Below are positions 45,001-54,281 of a DNA stretch of 63,343 bases, piece after piece (within the stretch, counting starts at the first letter, position 1; every line of letters begins with the position of its first letter). The DNA lies in NCBI GenBank assembly GCA_028716485.1, contig JAQUPS010000007.1:1-63343 (forward strand), in the 5' to 3' direction. The DNA comes from Patescibacteria group bacterium. Its GTDB lineage: Bacteria > Patescibacteriota > Patescibacteriia > Patescibacteriales > WJLG01. Below the pieces are notes generated by a model. It was not told where the DNA came from. It did no database searches and saw only the letters and a program-made list of their open reading frames with translations. The position numbers were made by a program, and so were the translations under genes.

Positions 45001-46002
45001 AAAGCGTCCGCCTTCCAGCGATACCATCGGGCGCAGATCCGGCGGAATAACCGGCACGATCGAAAGCACCATCCATTCCGGGCGGATGTCATTGGCTCTT
45101 AAGCTCTTCAAAAGTTTCAAACGCTTGATGATTTTTTCCTGTTTGGAATCAACGGCGTCGCCGAATTCTTTTTCCAATTTATCAATCGTCTTGCTCAAAT
45201 CGATTTTTTCCAAAATTTTGACGATGGCTTCGGCGCCGATGCCGGCTTCAAAAATATGGCCGTATTTCAAAGATAATCTCTGGTAAATATCTTCGGAAAC
45301 TACAAGCATTGGCTTCAAATCTTTCAGTTCGCGCTGGGATTCGGAAAAATATTTATTCAAATTATCTATTTTTTCATCGCGGACTTTGGCGAGCGCGTCG
45401 GTTTCCTTGCTCAAAGACAATTCCGCGGCGGCGGCCGAATCGCCTTCGTTCATCATTTTGCCTTTCTTGTTGCGGATTTCTTTCACCTGATTATTATATT
45501 CATCGACGATGGATTTTTTCTTTTCCTTGAATTCGCCTTTAATCTGTTCCAGTGTCGCATTCTTCAAATCCATATTTACATCAGTAATGATGAAGCTGGC
45601 AAAATAAACCACTTTTTCCAAAGACTGCATTGATAAATTCAAGAGCAAGCCGATTTTGGAAGCAATGCCGCGCAAAAACCAGATATGAGTGCAAGGAGTT
45701 TCCAGCTTAATATGACCGAAACGTTCTCGGCGCACAATGGAGCGCGTCACTTCCACGCCGCATTTGTCGCAGACGATTCCCTTGTAGCGGATTTTTTTGT
45801 ATTTGCCGCAATAGCATTCCCAGTCTCTCGATGGACCGAAAATGCGCTCGCAGAACAAGCCGTCTTTTTCAGCTTTTTGCGTACGGTAATTAATGGTTTC
45901 CGGACGAGTCACTTCGCCGTGCGACCACGCCAGCATCTCCGCAGGCGACGCCAATTTCAATTTAATGGCATCGAAATCGGAAGTTTTAATCGGATTTAAC
46001 AT
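42070..46002 (-). CDS. rpoC: DNA-directed RNA polymerase subunit beta'
   Basis: 1310 aa with the zinc motif [23 protein letters not shown] and the catalytic [12 protein letters not shown]. Confidence 0.99.
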   Translation of the reverse strand: MLNPIKTSDFDAIKLKLASPAEMLAWSHGEVTRPETINYRTQKAEKDGLFCERIFGPSRDWECYCGKYKKIRYKGIVCDKCGVEVTRSIVRRERFGHIKLETPCTHIWFLRGIASKIGLLLNLSMQSLEKVVYFASFIITDVNMDLKNATLEQIKGEFKEKKKSIVDEYNNQVKEIRNKKGKMMNEGDSAAAAELSLSKETDALAKVRDEKIDNLNKYFSESQRELKDLKPMLVVSEDIYQRLSLKYGHIFEAGIGAEAIVKILEKIDLSKTIDKLEKEFGDAVDSKQEKIIKRLKLLKSLRANDIRPEWMVLSIVPVIPPDLRPMVSLEGGRFATSDLNDLYRRVINRNNRLKQLIELAAPEVICRNEKRMLQEAVDALIDNSARASKTTIASTGQKRQLKSLADSLKGKQGRFRQNLLGKRTDYSGRSVIVVNPKLNLDQCGLPKRMALELFKPFIISKLIEREIVHNVRSASRHIDAGPDEVWDILEDIVKKSYVLLNRAPTLHRLGIQAFKPILIEGKAIQIHPLVCTAFNADFDGDQMAVHVPLTEEAKAEARDLMLASHNLLKPATGDPIVTPNQDIVWGAYYITNTAEKLEDQAGKKLLYFYNENEAKTANEYGQIKLQDFIKVKINGEMLITTVGRILFNEVLPEKLRFMNKVIKKGDLKQVVKDCLRYYGEEETVKFVDNLKNRAFELITKSGLSFGMGDLPHFADVDKLIAGADIKVDEIKSQYEEGLLTDSERSSKTIELWSDVKEDIMDVCKKQLPPSSSVYSMIDSGARGSWAQLTQILGMKGLVTSPSGGIIELPVKGNFKKGFDVLEYFISTHGVRKGLSDTALRTANAGYLTRRLVDVAQDVIVSEEDCGDAEGIVITKKESEEMGESLIKRIGGRYLAKDLKDKNGKVILKKGELLTEDIIEEIKDKEIEEACIRTVLSCRLPRGICAHCYGFDLARNKTVEVGVPVGVIAAQSIGEPGTQLTMRTFHTGGVAGGSDITQGLPRVEEIFENRTPKKKAIISDVDGKVKIEAEQKTIKDENGKEMLVSNARVKILKIYYKGDVTEKYRLAAANDEGAEEKDAMKILVKEGDEVKAGDPLYSLGKKTITARESGKVIITPKHIKVVRETEKVEEMIIPKGTTLLIKDGDEVKRGQQLTDGSLDLDQLFRLQGRLAVQKYIIKEIQYVYSSQGQPLNDKHVEIIAHQMFSRFLITEAGKSDLLPGEVVEESVIARLDEDVRKSIKAERLLSGITKASLTTESFLSSASFQETARVLIDAALSGKIDYLEGLKENVIIGCLIPAGTGYKGRKKRAKY

Positions 46003-46025
46003 ATTTTAAAAATTAATTATGAATT

Positions 46026-46065
46026 ATGCCGACGTGAAGTCGGCATCCCGAGCTTGCCTCGGGAT
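46026..46065. repeat. GC-rich twin-hairpin element, copy B
   Basis: ATGCCGAC-gtgaa-GTCGGCAT followed by CCCGAG-cttgc-CTCGGG, 24 nt upstream of the rpoC ATG. Confidence 0.8.
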
Positions 46066-46110
46066 AAATTATTTATTATAAATTTATTTTGGGAGATACC
46101 GAAGAAAAAT

Positions 46111-46148
46111 CATTGCTACATTGTTTCATTGCTAAATTGTTATATTGC
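46111..46148. repeat. CATTGCT-family single arm
   Basis: cattgctacattgtttcattgctaaattgttatattgc, related to 37121-37203. Confidence 0.65.
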
Positions 46149-46152
46149 TTTT

Positions 46153-46192
46153 TTGTCATCCTGAGCGCCGCGCGAGGGATCTATTTTGCAGG
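46153..46192. repeat. GTCATCCYGAGCG...GAGGGATCTATTT element, copy 1
   Basis: ttgtcatcctgagcgccgcgcgagggatctattttgcagg, followed by the palindrome GAAATCCGGATTTC. Confidence 0.75.
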
Positions 46193-46226
46193 AAATCCGG
46201 ATTTCTTCGTCAAAAATTTATTGCCT

Positions 46227-46331
46227 GAAATCTCAAATCTAAATTTTAAATTTTAAAATAAATTTCAAATCAAAAATTTAAATTTAAGATTTTTGATTTA
46301 TTTTAAAATTGAGTTTTGAGATTTTAAAATT
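46227..46331. repeat. AT-rich palindromic repeat, AAATCTCAAAT family, copy 2 (~105-bp imperfect palindrome)
   Basis: The left half gaaatctcaaatctaaattttaaattttaaaataaatttcaaatcaaaaat is largely complementary to the right half, which ends at gagttttgagatttt. Confidence 0.75.
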
Positions 46332-46334
46332 AGC

Positions 46335-49300
46335 TTATTCCTCTTTCTTCTCTCCTTTTTCCGTCCCCGTCTCTTTCCCCCATCCCGGCTTGTCGCCTGC
46401 TTCTATCCGGCGGTCGGCGCGGGAGCGGCGGACATCGTCGCGGTCGCGAGGAGTTTCCGGACCAGTGCCTTCGTCGCGCTTTTCGCCCAGGAGCTGGACA
46501 TCGAGGCATAAGCCTTTCAATTCGCGGACCAAGACATTGAATGATTCCGGCACGTTGACTTTATTTATCTTCTCGCCCTTGATGATCGATTCATAAGCGG
46601 CGGAACGGCCGGGGACATCATCGGATTTGATCGTCAGAATTTCCTGCAAAGTGTGCGCCGCGCCATAACCTTCTAAAGCCCAGACTTCCATTTCGCCGAA
46701 ACGCTGGCCGCCGAATTGCGCCTTGCCGCCCAACGGTTGCTGGGTAATCAAAGAATACGGGCCGATAGAGCGCTGGTGCATCTTATCTTCCACCATATGA
46801 TTCAATTTCAGAATATATTTCATGCCAACCACGACTTTGTTTTCGAATTTGCGGCCGGTCTTACCGTCATAAAGAGTGATCTTGCCGTCAATCGGCAACC
46901 CCGCTTTGGCCAATTCTTCCCTAATTTTTTCTTCACCAATTCCGTTCAAAGCCGGAGTCGCGACTTTGTAGCCCAATTTTTTGGCGGCAAAACCCAAGTG
47001 AACTTCCAATGTCTGACCCAGGTTCATACGGGAAATAATTCCCAATGGAGATAAGATAACATCAATCGGCGTGCCGTCTTCCATATACGGCATATCTTCG
47101 GCGGCGACCACGCGGGAAATAACGCCCTTGTTGCCGTAGCGGCCGGCCATCTTGTCGCCCACCTGGATTTTTCTTAAATTCGCGACAGAAACTTGGATGG
47201 ATTGGATGACGCCCGCGGCTAATTTATCGCCGGCTTCGCGGGAAAAATATTTGATATCGACTACTTTACCGTGTTCGCCGTGTTCCAAATACAAGGAAGA
47301 ATCGCGCACGTCTTTGGCTTTTTCGCCGAAAATGACTCGGAGCAATTTTTCTTCGGCCGACAATTCGGTTTCGCCCTTGGGAGTAATCTTTCCGCACAAA
47401 ATATCGCCGGAAGAAACTTCGGCGCCGATACGGATCACGCCGGTCTCGTCCAGATTTTTCAATTTCTCTTCCGAAATATTCGGAATATCATTGGTGATCA
47501 ATTCCGGACCAAGCTTGGTGTCGCGGACATCAACAGTATAGTTCTCTATATATATGGAAGTGAAAACGTCATCGCGGACCATCCGTTCGTTGACGATGAT
47601 GGCATCTTCATAATTGAATCCTTCCCAAACCATAAACGCGACCAGAACATTTTTGCCCAAAGCCAGTTCACCTTTGTCGATGACCGGACCGTCGGTGATC
47701 ACCTGATTTTTCTTGACGTGATCGCCCAGATTGACAATCGGACGCTGATTAATGCAGGTGGAAGCGTTAGAGCGCAAAAATTTGGTCAATTCATAAATTT
47801 TATCTTCGCCTTTCTTGTTACGGACAATTATTTTCGACGCGTCAACCGAAGTAACTTCGCCGTCTTCCAGAGCGATGATCGCGTGGCCGGAATCGCGGGC
47901 GGCGCGTTCTTCCGCGCCAGTGCCGACGATCGGCGATTCGGCCGTCATCAACGGTACGGCCTGGCGCTGCATGTTCGTACCCATCAAGGCGCGCTGGCCG
48001 TCGTTATGTTCCATAAACGGAATTAACGATGTGGCGATGGAAATTATCTGGTTGGCGGCGACGCCAAACAGATCGACTTTTTCTACGCCGGCAGTGGTCG
48101 GTTCGCCGTATTTCCTGACTTCGCAGGTGGCAACCATAAAATTTCCTTCGTCATCAATCGGGGTAGTAGCGGCAGTGGAAATGAATTTTTCTTCTTCGAA
48201 AGCGTCCAGATAAACAATCTCATCGGTAACTTGCGGCTTCACCGGAATCAAAACTTTGGCATTGACTTTTTCCTTGATATTCTTGGCGTCTTCGTGAGTG
48301 ATTTTTTCTCCGGCCTTAACGATAACCTTGCCTTTCTTATTGGCCGGCACATCAGACATCAGGATATGCTTTTTGCCGAGCGCCAATTCTGCGTCTTTGA
48401 TTTCAAAAATATCTTCGCGGGAAATTTTTCCGGCTAATTCCTTATCCGAAGTTTCCAAATCGTGCAGAACTTTGCGATACGGCGCTTCCAAAAATCCGTA
48501 AGAATTCAAACGAGCGTAGCTCGCAAGATGGCCGACCAAACCGATGTTCGGGCCTTCTGGTGTGGCAATCGGGCAGATGCGGCCGTAGTGAGTGGTGTGC
48601 ACGTCGCGGACATCAAAGCCGGCGCGTTCGCGGGTCAAGCCGCCCGGACCCATCGCGGACAACCTTCTTTTATGTTCAAGCTCAGCCAGCGGATTGGTCT
48701 GATCCATAAATTGCGACAACTGCGAAGACATAAAAAATTCTTTGACAACCGAAATGACCGGACGGGCATTGATCAGCTTGTTCGGGGTTAAAGTATGGAT
48801 ATCGGCGGTGGACATCCTGTCCTTGACGATACGTTCCATTCTGGCCAAACCGACGCGGAAACGGTTTTGGATGAGTTCGCCAATGGCGCGGACGCGGCGA
48901 TTTGATAAATGATCAATATCGTCTTCCGGTTCCTGGGTCAGATTCAACCGGATGACTTCGCGGATGATATTTACCAGATCTTCGCGGCGCAAAACGCGGG
49001 TCTCCTTGTTGACCGGCAAGCCTTCGCCGAACCGGCGGTTTAATTTATAGCGTCCGACGCGGCCGAAATCATAGCGGTCAAAGCGGAAAAACATCGAATA
49101 AATCAAAGACTTGGCGTTTTCCGGATTGGCCAGATCGCCCGGGCGGATTTTTTTGTAGACTTCTTCCAAGCCTTCTTCTTCGTTGTGCGCGGCATCTTTG
49201 GCAATCGTCGCGTCCAAATGGGTTTGTTCGTCTTCGCCCTTAGGAATGATATCGATATCTTTGAATAAATCTTTTAACGCTTCATCGGTCGCGATGCCAA

Positions 49301-49904
49301 AAGCGCGGAGCAAAGAAGTGAAAGCGATCTTTCTTTTGCGGTCGATGCGGATCCAGATGACTTTGTTAACATCGGTTTCGATTTCCAACCAGGCGCCGCG
49401 ATTCGGGATGATTTTCGCGCCGTAATATTTTTTGCCTTTGATAAATTCCGCGGAAAAAATAACGCCCGCCGAACGGATTAATTGCGAAACGACGACTCTT
49501 TCAATGCCGTTTACGATAAAAGTTCCATTTTGAGTCATCAACGGAAAATCGCCGAGGAAAACTTCCTGCGAAGTTTCTTCTTTGGTTCGCTTGTTAAGCA
49601 AGCGGGTTTTGACGCGCAAGGGAGCTTCGTAAGTGATATTTTTGGCGCGCGAAACCTTTTCATCGAATTTCGGCTCATCCAGATAATATTCTTCGAAATA
49701 GAGTTCCAAATCGCGGCCGATGAAATCGGTAATCGGCGAGATCTCATCAAAAAGTTCGGCCAAACCTTCTTTGGCAAACCATTTATAAGAGTCCTTTTGC
49801 ATCTCGATCAAGTCCGGCATTTCCAGCACTTCGCGGCCGTGAGTGAACAAACGGCGGCCGGTACCGGTTACAACAAAATCCTTCGGAGCGTTTTTGGTAG
49901 ACAT
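46335..49904 (-). CDS. rpoB: DNA-directed RNA polymerase subunit beta with charged C-terminal tail
   Basis: 1189 aa containing GRYGNKGVISR and LGGKAQFGGQRFGEMEVWALEGYGAA. About 50 aa of R/D/E/K/G-rich C-terminal tail. Confidence 0.99.
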   Translation of the reverse strand: MSTKNAPKDFVVTGTGRRLFTHGREVLEMPDLIEMQKDSYKWFAKEGLAELFDEISPITDFIGRDLELYFEEYYLDEPKFDEKVSRAKNITYEAPLRVKTRLLNKRTKEETSQEVFLGDFPLMTQNGTFIVNGIERVVVSQLIRSAGVIFSAEFIKGKKYYGAKIIPNRGAWLEIETDVNKVIWIRIDRKRKIAFTSLLRAFGIATDEALKDLFKDIDIIPKGEDEQTHLDATIAKDAAHNEEEGLEEVYKKIRPGDLANPENAKSLIYSMFFRFDRYDFGRVGRYKLNRRFGEGLPVNKETRVLRREDLVNIIREVIRLNLTQEPEDDIDHLSNRRVRAIGELIQNRFRVGLARMERIVKDRMSTADIHTLTPNKLINARPVISVVKEFFMSSQLSQFMDQTNPLAELEHKRRLSAMGPGGLTRERAGFDVRDVHTTHYGRICPIATPEGPNIGLVGHLASYARLNSYGFLEAPYRKVLHDLETSDKELAGKISREDIFEIKDAELALGKKHILMSDVPANKKGKVIVKAGEKITHEDAKNIKEKVNAKVLIPVKPQVTDEIVYLDAFEEEKFISTAATTPIDDEGNFMVATCEVRKYGEPTTAGVEKVDLFGVAANQIISIATSLIPFMEHNDGQRALMGTNMQRQAVPLMTAESPIVGTGAEERAARDSGHAIIALEDGEVTSVDASKIIVRNKKGEDKIYELTKFLRSNASTCINQRPIVNLGDHVKKNQVITDGPVIDKGELALGKNVLVAFMVWEGFNYEDAIIVNERMVRDDVFTSIYIENYTVDVRDTKLGPELITNDIPNISEEKLKNLDETGVIRIGAEVSSGDILCGKITPKGETELSAEEKLLRVIFGEKAKDVRDSSLYLEHGEHGKVVDIKYFSREAGDKLAAGVIQSIQVSVANLRKIQVGDKMAGRYGNKGVISRVVAAEDMPYMEDGTPIDVILSPLGIISRMNLGQTLEVHLGFAAKKLGYKVATPALNGIGEEKIREELAKAGLPIDGKITLYDGKTGRKFENKVVVGMKYILKLNHMVEDKMHQRSIGPYSLITQQPLGGKAQFGGQRFGEMEVWALEGYGAAHTLQEILTIKSDDVPGRSAAYESIIKGEKINKVNVPESFNVLVRELKGLCLDVQLLGEKRDEGTGPETPRDRDDVRRSRADRRIEAGDKPGWGKETGTEKGEKKEE

Positions 49905-50181
49905 AAATATAATTAAATAATTTTAAATTATGAAAAAAATTAATAATTGCTTGGCTGATCCAAAAATTCTGGCAAAAAAACACTCGGCGCAAAAAACCGA
50001 TAAACGACAAAAAATCCCAATCCCATTTCCGTAGGTTGAGTTTTTGAACTTTCTTAAATTATTTTTTTAAAATAAATCACCTTTGAAGACGTTCCGCGCT
50101 GGCAAAAGCGCAAGAAGTGCTTTTAAAGTGAATAAAAATGGACGCAAGGTCCAAGAGAAGAATCTGAACTTATGTGCCTAA

Positions 50182-50210
50182 ATGTTAGCAAGTAATTATC
50201 CCCCTGTCAA
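50182..50210 (-). promoter_or_regulatory. Candidate rpoB promoter TTGACA-17-TAACAT
   Basis: On the minus strand, TTGACA is at 50205-50210 and TAACAT at 50182-50187. This implies a leader of about 270 nt. Confidence 0.4.
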
Positions 50211-50363
50211 GAAGTTATGATGAGTAATAATGGCTATCTGTCAAATTTATTTAATATTAGAAGAAAAATGGCATTATTAGCTTGCAATGCGTTAAGATTT
50301 TATCACTTGACAACAAGTTATCCACAGAAAGCACGTAACACATATCACGTAACATCATACACT

Positions 50364-50553
50364 TTGTCATCCCGAGCGCCTCGCGAGGGATCTATTTGGT
50401 TCCGCCGTCAGTCTCGCGAAGCGGACTGCGGTGAAATCAAAACGCAGCAGTCCCCTGACGGTAGACTGCTGCGGAACTAAAAAATTCGGTTATACAAAAT
50501 TTTAATTCCTGCAAAATAGATCCCTCTCCGCCAGGGGCGGATCGGGATGACAA
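50364..50553. repeat. Composite MITE-like unit bounded by inverted GTCATCCCGA...GGGATCTATTT copies
   Basis: 50364-50399 and the reverse complement of 50508-50553 share TTGTCATCCCGA and GAGGGATCTATTT ends. The interior holds the hairpin GCAGCAGTC/GACTGCTGC. The unit sits between ACGTAACA-type arms at 50332-50362 and 50566-50590. Confidence 0.65.
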
Positions 50554-50569
50554 AAAAGATAAAATGCCG

Positions 50570-52000
50570 TTACGTGTTACATGTTACGAGATTTTTTATT
50601 TCTTCTCTGGCGACTTCTCGGTCATCCCAAGGAATTTTTTCGCCATTGGCCATCATCATCAATTGCTCGCTCCCCTTGCCGCTGATTAAAACCAAATCCC
50701 CTTCTTCAGCGATGGAAATCGCTTTGCGGATTGCTTCGCGGCGGTCGGGAATTTTAAATAAATCAAAATTTACTTTTTTACCGGCAGTTTCCGCGCCAGC
50801 GCCAATTTGTTCGATAATCAAAATCGGATCATCATCATAGGGATCTTCATTAGTGATAATCACGATATCGGCGCGTTTGCCAGCCAGCAAACCGAGTTTT
50901 GGCCGCCTCGCCACATCGCGACCGCCGCCGGCAGAACCCAGGACGTTGATGATGCGGTTATGCGGAAATTTTTCAATCGTATCATAAAGCTTGCCGAGCG
51001 AATTGGGTTCAAAAGCATAATCAACGATAACCGTGAATGGCTGGCCTTTATCGATTTTTTCCATCCGGCCGGCAATGCCTTTGACGCTGTTCAGCCCGGC
51101 AATGATTTTTTCAATATTTTTTTCAGCTAAGCGCGCCACGCAAGCGGCGGCCATGGCGTTGGCGGCATTAAATTCACCCAATAAAGATAATTGGATTTTT
51201 TTGCCAAACGCCTGGAAAGAAACGCCTTGTTCTTCGGTTTTGATTTCACTGTATTTTTCAATCTGCAAATTTTCCGGTAAGTTTTCTGCAAGTAAATCGA
51301 TTTTATCTCTGGTCGTGAAGCCGATTTTTTCTTCCGCCCAAAAAGATAAAAAGTAAGCGGCATTTTCGTCATCAATGTTGGCGATGATCGTTTTCTTGAT
51401 GCGATTCAGGTCAAGTTTTTTCAAACCGCTCTTGGATCTGCATACCTTAAATTTGTCGTCCACATATTGAAGGCTGCAGTTTTTCAAATGCTCGAATAAT
51501 TTTCCTTTAGCTTTTTTATAATTTTCAAATCCGCCGTGCGATTCGATATGTTCGGGAAAAAGTCCGGTAAAAATCAGCCAATCGTAATTGATAAATTTGT
51601 GTCGGAATTGGCGGATGCCTTCGGAAGTCGTTTCGACAATCGCGATCTGACAGCCGTTCTTCGCCATTTTCGCCAGCAAGCCTTGCAGAAAAAATCTTCC
51701 TACCATCGTCATTCTTTTATCATTCAACCATTCTTTTTCGCCATCATTAAAAATCGCGGTGGAAGTAAGGCCGACTTTAAACCCGCACTCTTTCAATGTC
51801 CGCAACAATAAATACGAAGTTGTCGTTTTACCAATGGTGCCAGTCACGCCTATAACAATCATTTTCTCGGCCGGAAAACTGTAATATAAAGCCGCCGACC
51901 AGGATAATAAATAATGGTAAGCGGGCACCGCGGCCTTGAATAATTTTTTGGGGATTAATTTTTTGAGGAAAGAAAATAATTTATCCATATATTCATACAA
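50570..52000 (-). CDS. murE: Mur ligase family protein, likely UDP-MurNAc-tripeptide synthetase (MurE-like)
   Basis: P-loop is VIGVTGTIGKTTTS, with central and C-terminal Mur ligase motifs (DYAFEPNS, GKGSEQ). Which amino acid it adds cannot be told from the sequence. Confidence 0.8.
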   Translation of the reverse strand: MYEYMDKLFSFLKKLIPKKLFKAAVPAYHYLLSWSAALYYSFPAEKMIVIGVTGTIGKTTTSYLLLRTLKECGFKVGLTSTAIFNDGEKEWLNDKRMTMVGRFFLQGLLAKMAKNGCQIAIVETTSEGIRQFRHKFINYDWLIFTGLFPEHIESHGGFENYKKAKGKLFEHLKNCSLQYVDDKFKVCRSKSGLKKLDLNRIKKTIIANIDDENAAYFLSFWAEEKIGFTTRDKIDLLAENLPENLQIEKYSEIKTEEQGVSFQAFGKKIQLSLLGEFNAANAMAAACVARLAEKNIEKIIAGLNSVKGIAGRMEKIDKGQPFTVIVDYAFEPNSLGKLYDTIEKFPHNRIINVLGSAGGGRDVARRPKLGLLAGKRADIVIITNEDPYDDDPILIIEQIGAGAETAGKKVNFDLFKIPDRREAIRKAISIAEEGDLVLISGKGSEQLMMMANGEKIPWDDREVAREEIKNLVTCNT

Positions 52001-52023
52001 TAACAGAAAAAAAGCGCTTAGGC

Positions 52024-52057
52024 AAAAAAATTCCTCCGCTGTTGATTGCGGAGGAAT
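52024..52057 (-). terminator. Terminator after the 86-aa ORF
   Basis: ATTCCTCCGC (52030-52039) pairs with GCGGAGGAAT (52048-52057). A T7 run follows on the minus strand. Confidence 0.75.
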
Positions 52058-52067
52058 TGCGCTCTGT

Positions 52068-52328
52068 TTAAGAAAAATTTCGGACGACGAATTTCTCGAT
52101 AACCTTGATTATTTCCAGATCTTCTTTGGAAACGTCACAGAACGGGCACTTAACGATTATTTTCACCATTTCTTCCGCTTCAGCTTCGGCCGCGCCTCCC
52201 TTAAGAATATTCCTTACACATTTCCCAACCTCCAATGTGGCCGCCGCACGAAGAGATTCTTCTTCAATCCTGGAAATTGCGCTTATGAATAAAACAACTT
52301 CCGCTTTATCAATCGACTTTCTCCGCAT
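52068..52328 (-). CDS. Hypothetical protein
   Basis: 86-aa ORF followed by a strong terminator hairpin. No motif recognised. Confidence 0.5.
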   Translation of the reverse strand: MRRKSIDKAEVVLFISAISRIEEESLRAAATLEVGKCVRNILKGGAAEAEAEEMVKIIVKCPFCDVSKEDLEIIKVIEKFVVRNFS

Positions 52329-52404
52329 CCGATACTCCTTTGATTAATCGTTTAAAGTACACTAACCGTATTATAGCGCAATATAGCACGTCATCATATA
52401 TTTG

Positions 52405-52614
52405 TCAATCTTTCCAGGCAACCTTTCCGCGCCTTTTAATGAAATTTTCAATCGAACGATCGTAGCTTTTTTCTTCCGCAGTCGTAAAATAACAAGCCGG
52501 CAATTCCTGATTCTGGCGATGATAAGCGACACATTCACAGCAACGCCCTTTGCGCTCGCAGCTTTCGTAAGTGCAAGGGCAATCTTCTAAATTCTTTTTT
52601 ATCCGGCATTCCAT
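52405..52614 (-). CDS. Small cysteine-rich protein (DUF6485-like)
   Basis: 69 aa with [21 protein letters not shown] ... PACYF, recognised from memory as a DUF6485-type pattern. Confidence 0.55.
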   Translation of the reverse strand: MECRIKKNLEDCPCTYESCERKGRCCECVAYHRQNQELPACYFTTAEEKSYDRSIENFIKRRGKVAWKD

Positions 52615-52659
52615 ATATACAATTACAAATTACGAATTAAAAATTACAAATGATTAAAT

Positions 52660-53700
52660 TTAAAATTTTGCCAATCTTCTTGCGGTTCGCAAAATTCGAT
52701 AGATGCCATAATTGATTCTATTATAAACTACGTCGAAAGTTCCGGGATAATTTATTTCTTGGCCGCCGAAGCCGCGCTTAAAACGGGTCACGCCCGGCCA
52801 TTTTTTCTCATCGATGCCGAAAAAATCATAAAATTTATAGCCGCCGGCTTTGGCGCGCCTGATCAATTCCCATTGCAATAAATATGGCGCCATCACTTCG
52901 CGATTTTCGTCAGAGGAAGCGCCAAAAAGATAAGTGGCGGTATCGCCAAAAAAAGCGAAAATGCCTGCGCAAAGAATCTTATCTTCATATTTATCTCCGC
53001 TTTCGCCAAGGCTATGGCGGACGAAGGCAAAAAATAATTTAAAATTTTCCGGCGCGGTTTGCAGAAGTTTTTCATAATAATCTTTATCGTGCGAAGTGAA
53101 CCCGTCGCGGCCGGAAGTTTTCTTCATTAAATTCCAAAATTCTTCAAAACTATTTCCCGGAGCTTCTGATATTTTCACTCCTTTCTTTTCCGCCAAGCGG
53201 ATATTATATCTCGTTTTCTGATGCATCGCCGATAACAATTCTTCCTCGCTTTTAGACAAATCAAGAACGATTGTTTTTGAAGGTTGAATATCAAGGGATT
53301 TTCGTATTTCGTATTTCGTATTTCGTATTTCGATTTGTTTCGGCTCGAACCGCAGAAAAATTGCATCCTCCTTATCTGCAATCTTTTTTATTTCATCAAG
53401 AAAAAATTGAAGATTGAAAATTGAAGATTGAAAATTTATTATCGGTCCTCTCGGGCAATAAAAATAATTTATTCCGCCTACGCCAAGGCTTCGGCGGACG
53501 CGATCCCCCGGCAGGGATTTTTTCACCAACGTGGCGGCGGCGATAAGTTCGCCGTTTTCTTCCACGCCTATCCTTATTACTTTGCCCTCGACTTTTTCCT
53601 GGAATTCTCCCCATTCCCACGATTGCAAAAATTCGGCGTGCTCTTGCGCGCTGACAAAATCGTTTAATTTATTCTTATTTTTTATTTCAATTAATTGCAT
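52660..53700 (-). CDS. FemAB-family peptidoglycan interpeptide-bridge aminoacyltransferase (FemX/MurM-like)
   Basis: Contains FLQSWEWGEFQ, YCPRGP and LLQWELIRRAKAGGYKFYDFFGI. Holds in-frame repeat-derived segments (see findings). Confidence 0.85.
   Translation of the reverse strand: MQLIEIKNKNKLNDFVSAQEHAEFLQSWEWGEFQEKVEGKVIRIGVEENGELIAAATLVKKSLPGDRVRRSLGVGGINYFYCPRGPIINFQSSIFNLQFFLDEIKKIADKEDAIFLRFEPKQIEIRNTKYEIRKSLDIQPSKTIVLDLSKSEEELLSAMHQKTRYNIRLAEKKGVKISEAPGNSFEEFWNLMKKTSGRDGFTSHDKDYYEKLLQTAPENFKLFFAFVRHSLGESGDKYEDKILCAGIFAFFGDTATYLFGASSDENREVMAPYLLQWELIRRAKAGGYKFYDFFGIDEKKWPGVTRFKRGFGGQEINYPGTFDVVYNRINYGIYRILRTARRLAKF
52996..53021. repeat. 26-nt mini-palindrome inside the femX-like CDS, copy 1
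   Basis: TCCGCT-ttcgccaaggctat-GGCGGA encodes RHSLGESG in frame. Confidence 0.7.
53299..53336. repeat. TCGTATT heptamer x4 inside the femX-like CDS
   Basis: ttttcgtatttcgtatttcgtatttcgtatttcgattt encodes [13 protein letters not shown] in frame. Confidence 0.85.
53407..53434. repeat. 14-mer tandem (TTGAAGATTGAAAA x2) inside the femX-like CDS
   Basis: Encodes NFQSSIFNLQF in frame. Confidence 0.75.
53473..53498. repeat. 26-nt mini-palindrome inside the femX-like CDS, copy 2
   Basis: TCCGCC-tacgccaaggcttc-GGCGGA encodes RRSLGVGG in frame. Confidence 0.7.
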
Positions 53701-53705
53701 TTAGC

Positions 53706-54278
53706 TTATTTTATATTTTTCAATGCCTCTCTGATTCGCTTGCCGCTATCGGTGATGGATTTATCGACTTTGGACAAGGCTTCGCGGGCTTGCTGAATAG
53801 AATAACCGAGAGAAACCAAAGCGTCGATTTCGTCGCCGCGCAAACCAACGGAAGAAATCGCGCCAGCGGCCGGCGCGAGCGCGCCGACCTTATCGCGCAA
53901 ATCAAGAATCACCCGTTCGGCTGTTTTTTTGCCCACGCCGGAAACTTTGGTCAGCAAATTCGTATCGCCTTCGGCAATGGCATTTTTAATTTCTTCCACG
54001 CCGGCGATCGCCATAATTCCCAAACCGGATTTCGGGCCGATGCCGGAAACCGACAATAGCATTTCGAACATCGCCAATTTTTCATAAGTGGTGAAACCGT
54101 ACAAATCCAGCGCGTCTTCCCTGATATATTGATGAGTGAATAATTCCAGCTCATCGCCGTTCTTGGCTTCGGCCGCCAGACTTTCATTGACGAAAATCTT
54201 ATAACCGATGTCGTGCGCGGCCAAGATAATAAAATTATTTCCCTTCTTGATAATTTTACCTTTTAAAAAAGATATCAT
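53706..54278 (-). CDS. ruvA: Holliday junction DNA helicase RuvA
   Basis: Contains MISFLKGKI and two HhH motifs (LLSVSGIGPKSGLGI, LTKVSGVGKKTAERV). Confidence 0.95.
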   Translation of the reverse strand: MISFLKGKIIKKGNNFIILAAHDIGYKIFVNESLAAEAKNGDELELFTHQYIREDALDLYGFTTYEKLAMFEMLLSVSGIGPKSGLGIMAIAGVEEIKNAIAEGDTNLLTKVSGVGKKTAERVILDLRDKVGALAPAAGAISSVGLRGDEIDALVSLGYSIQQAREALSKVDKSITDSGKRIREALKNIK

Positions 54279-54281
54279 ATT

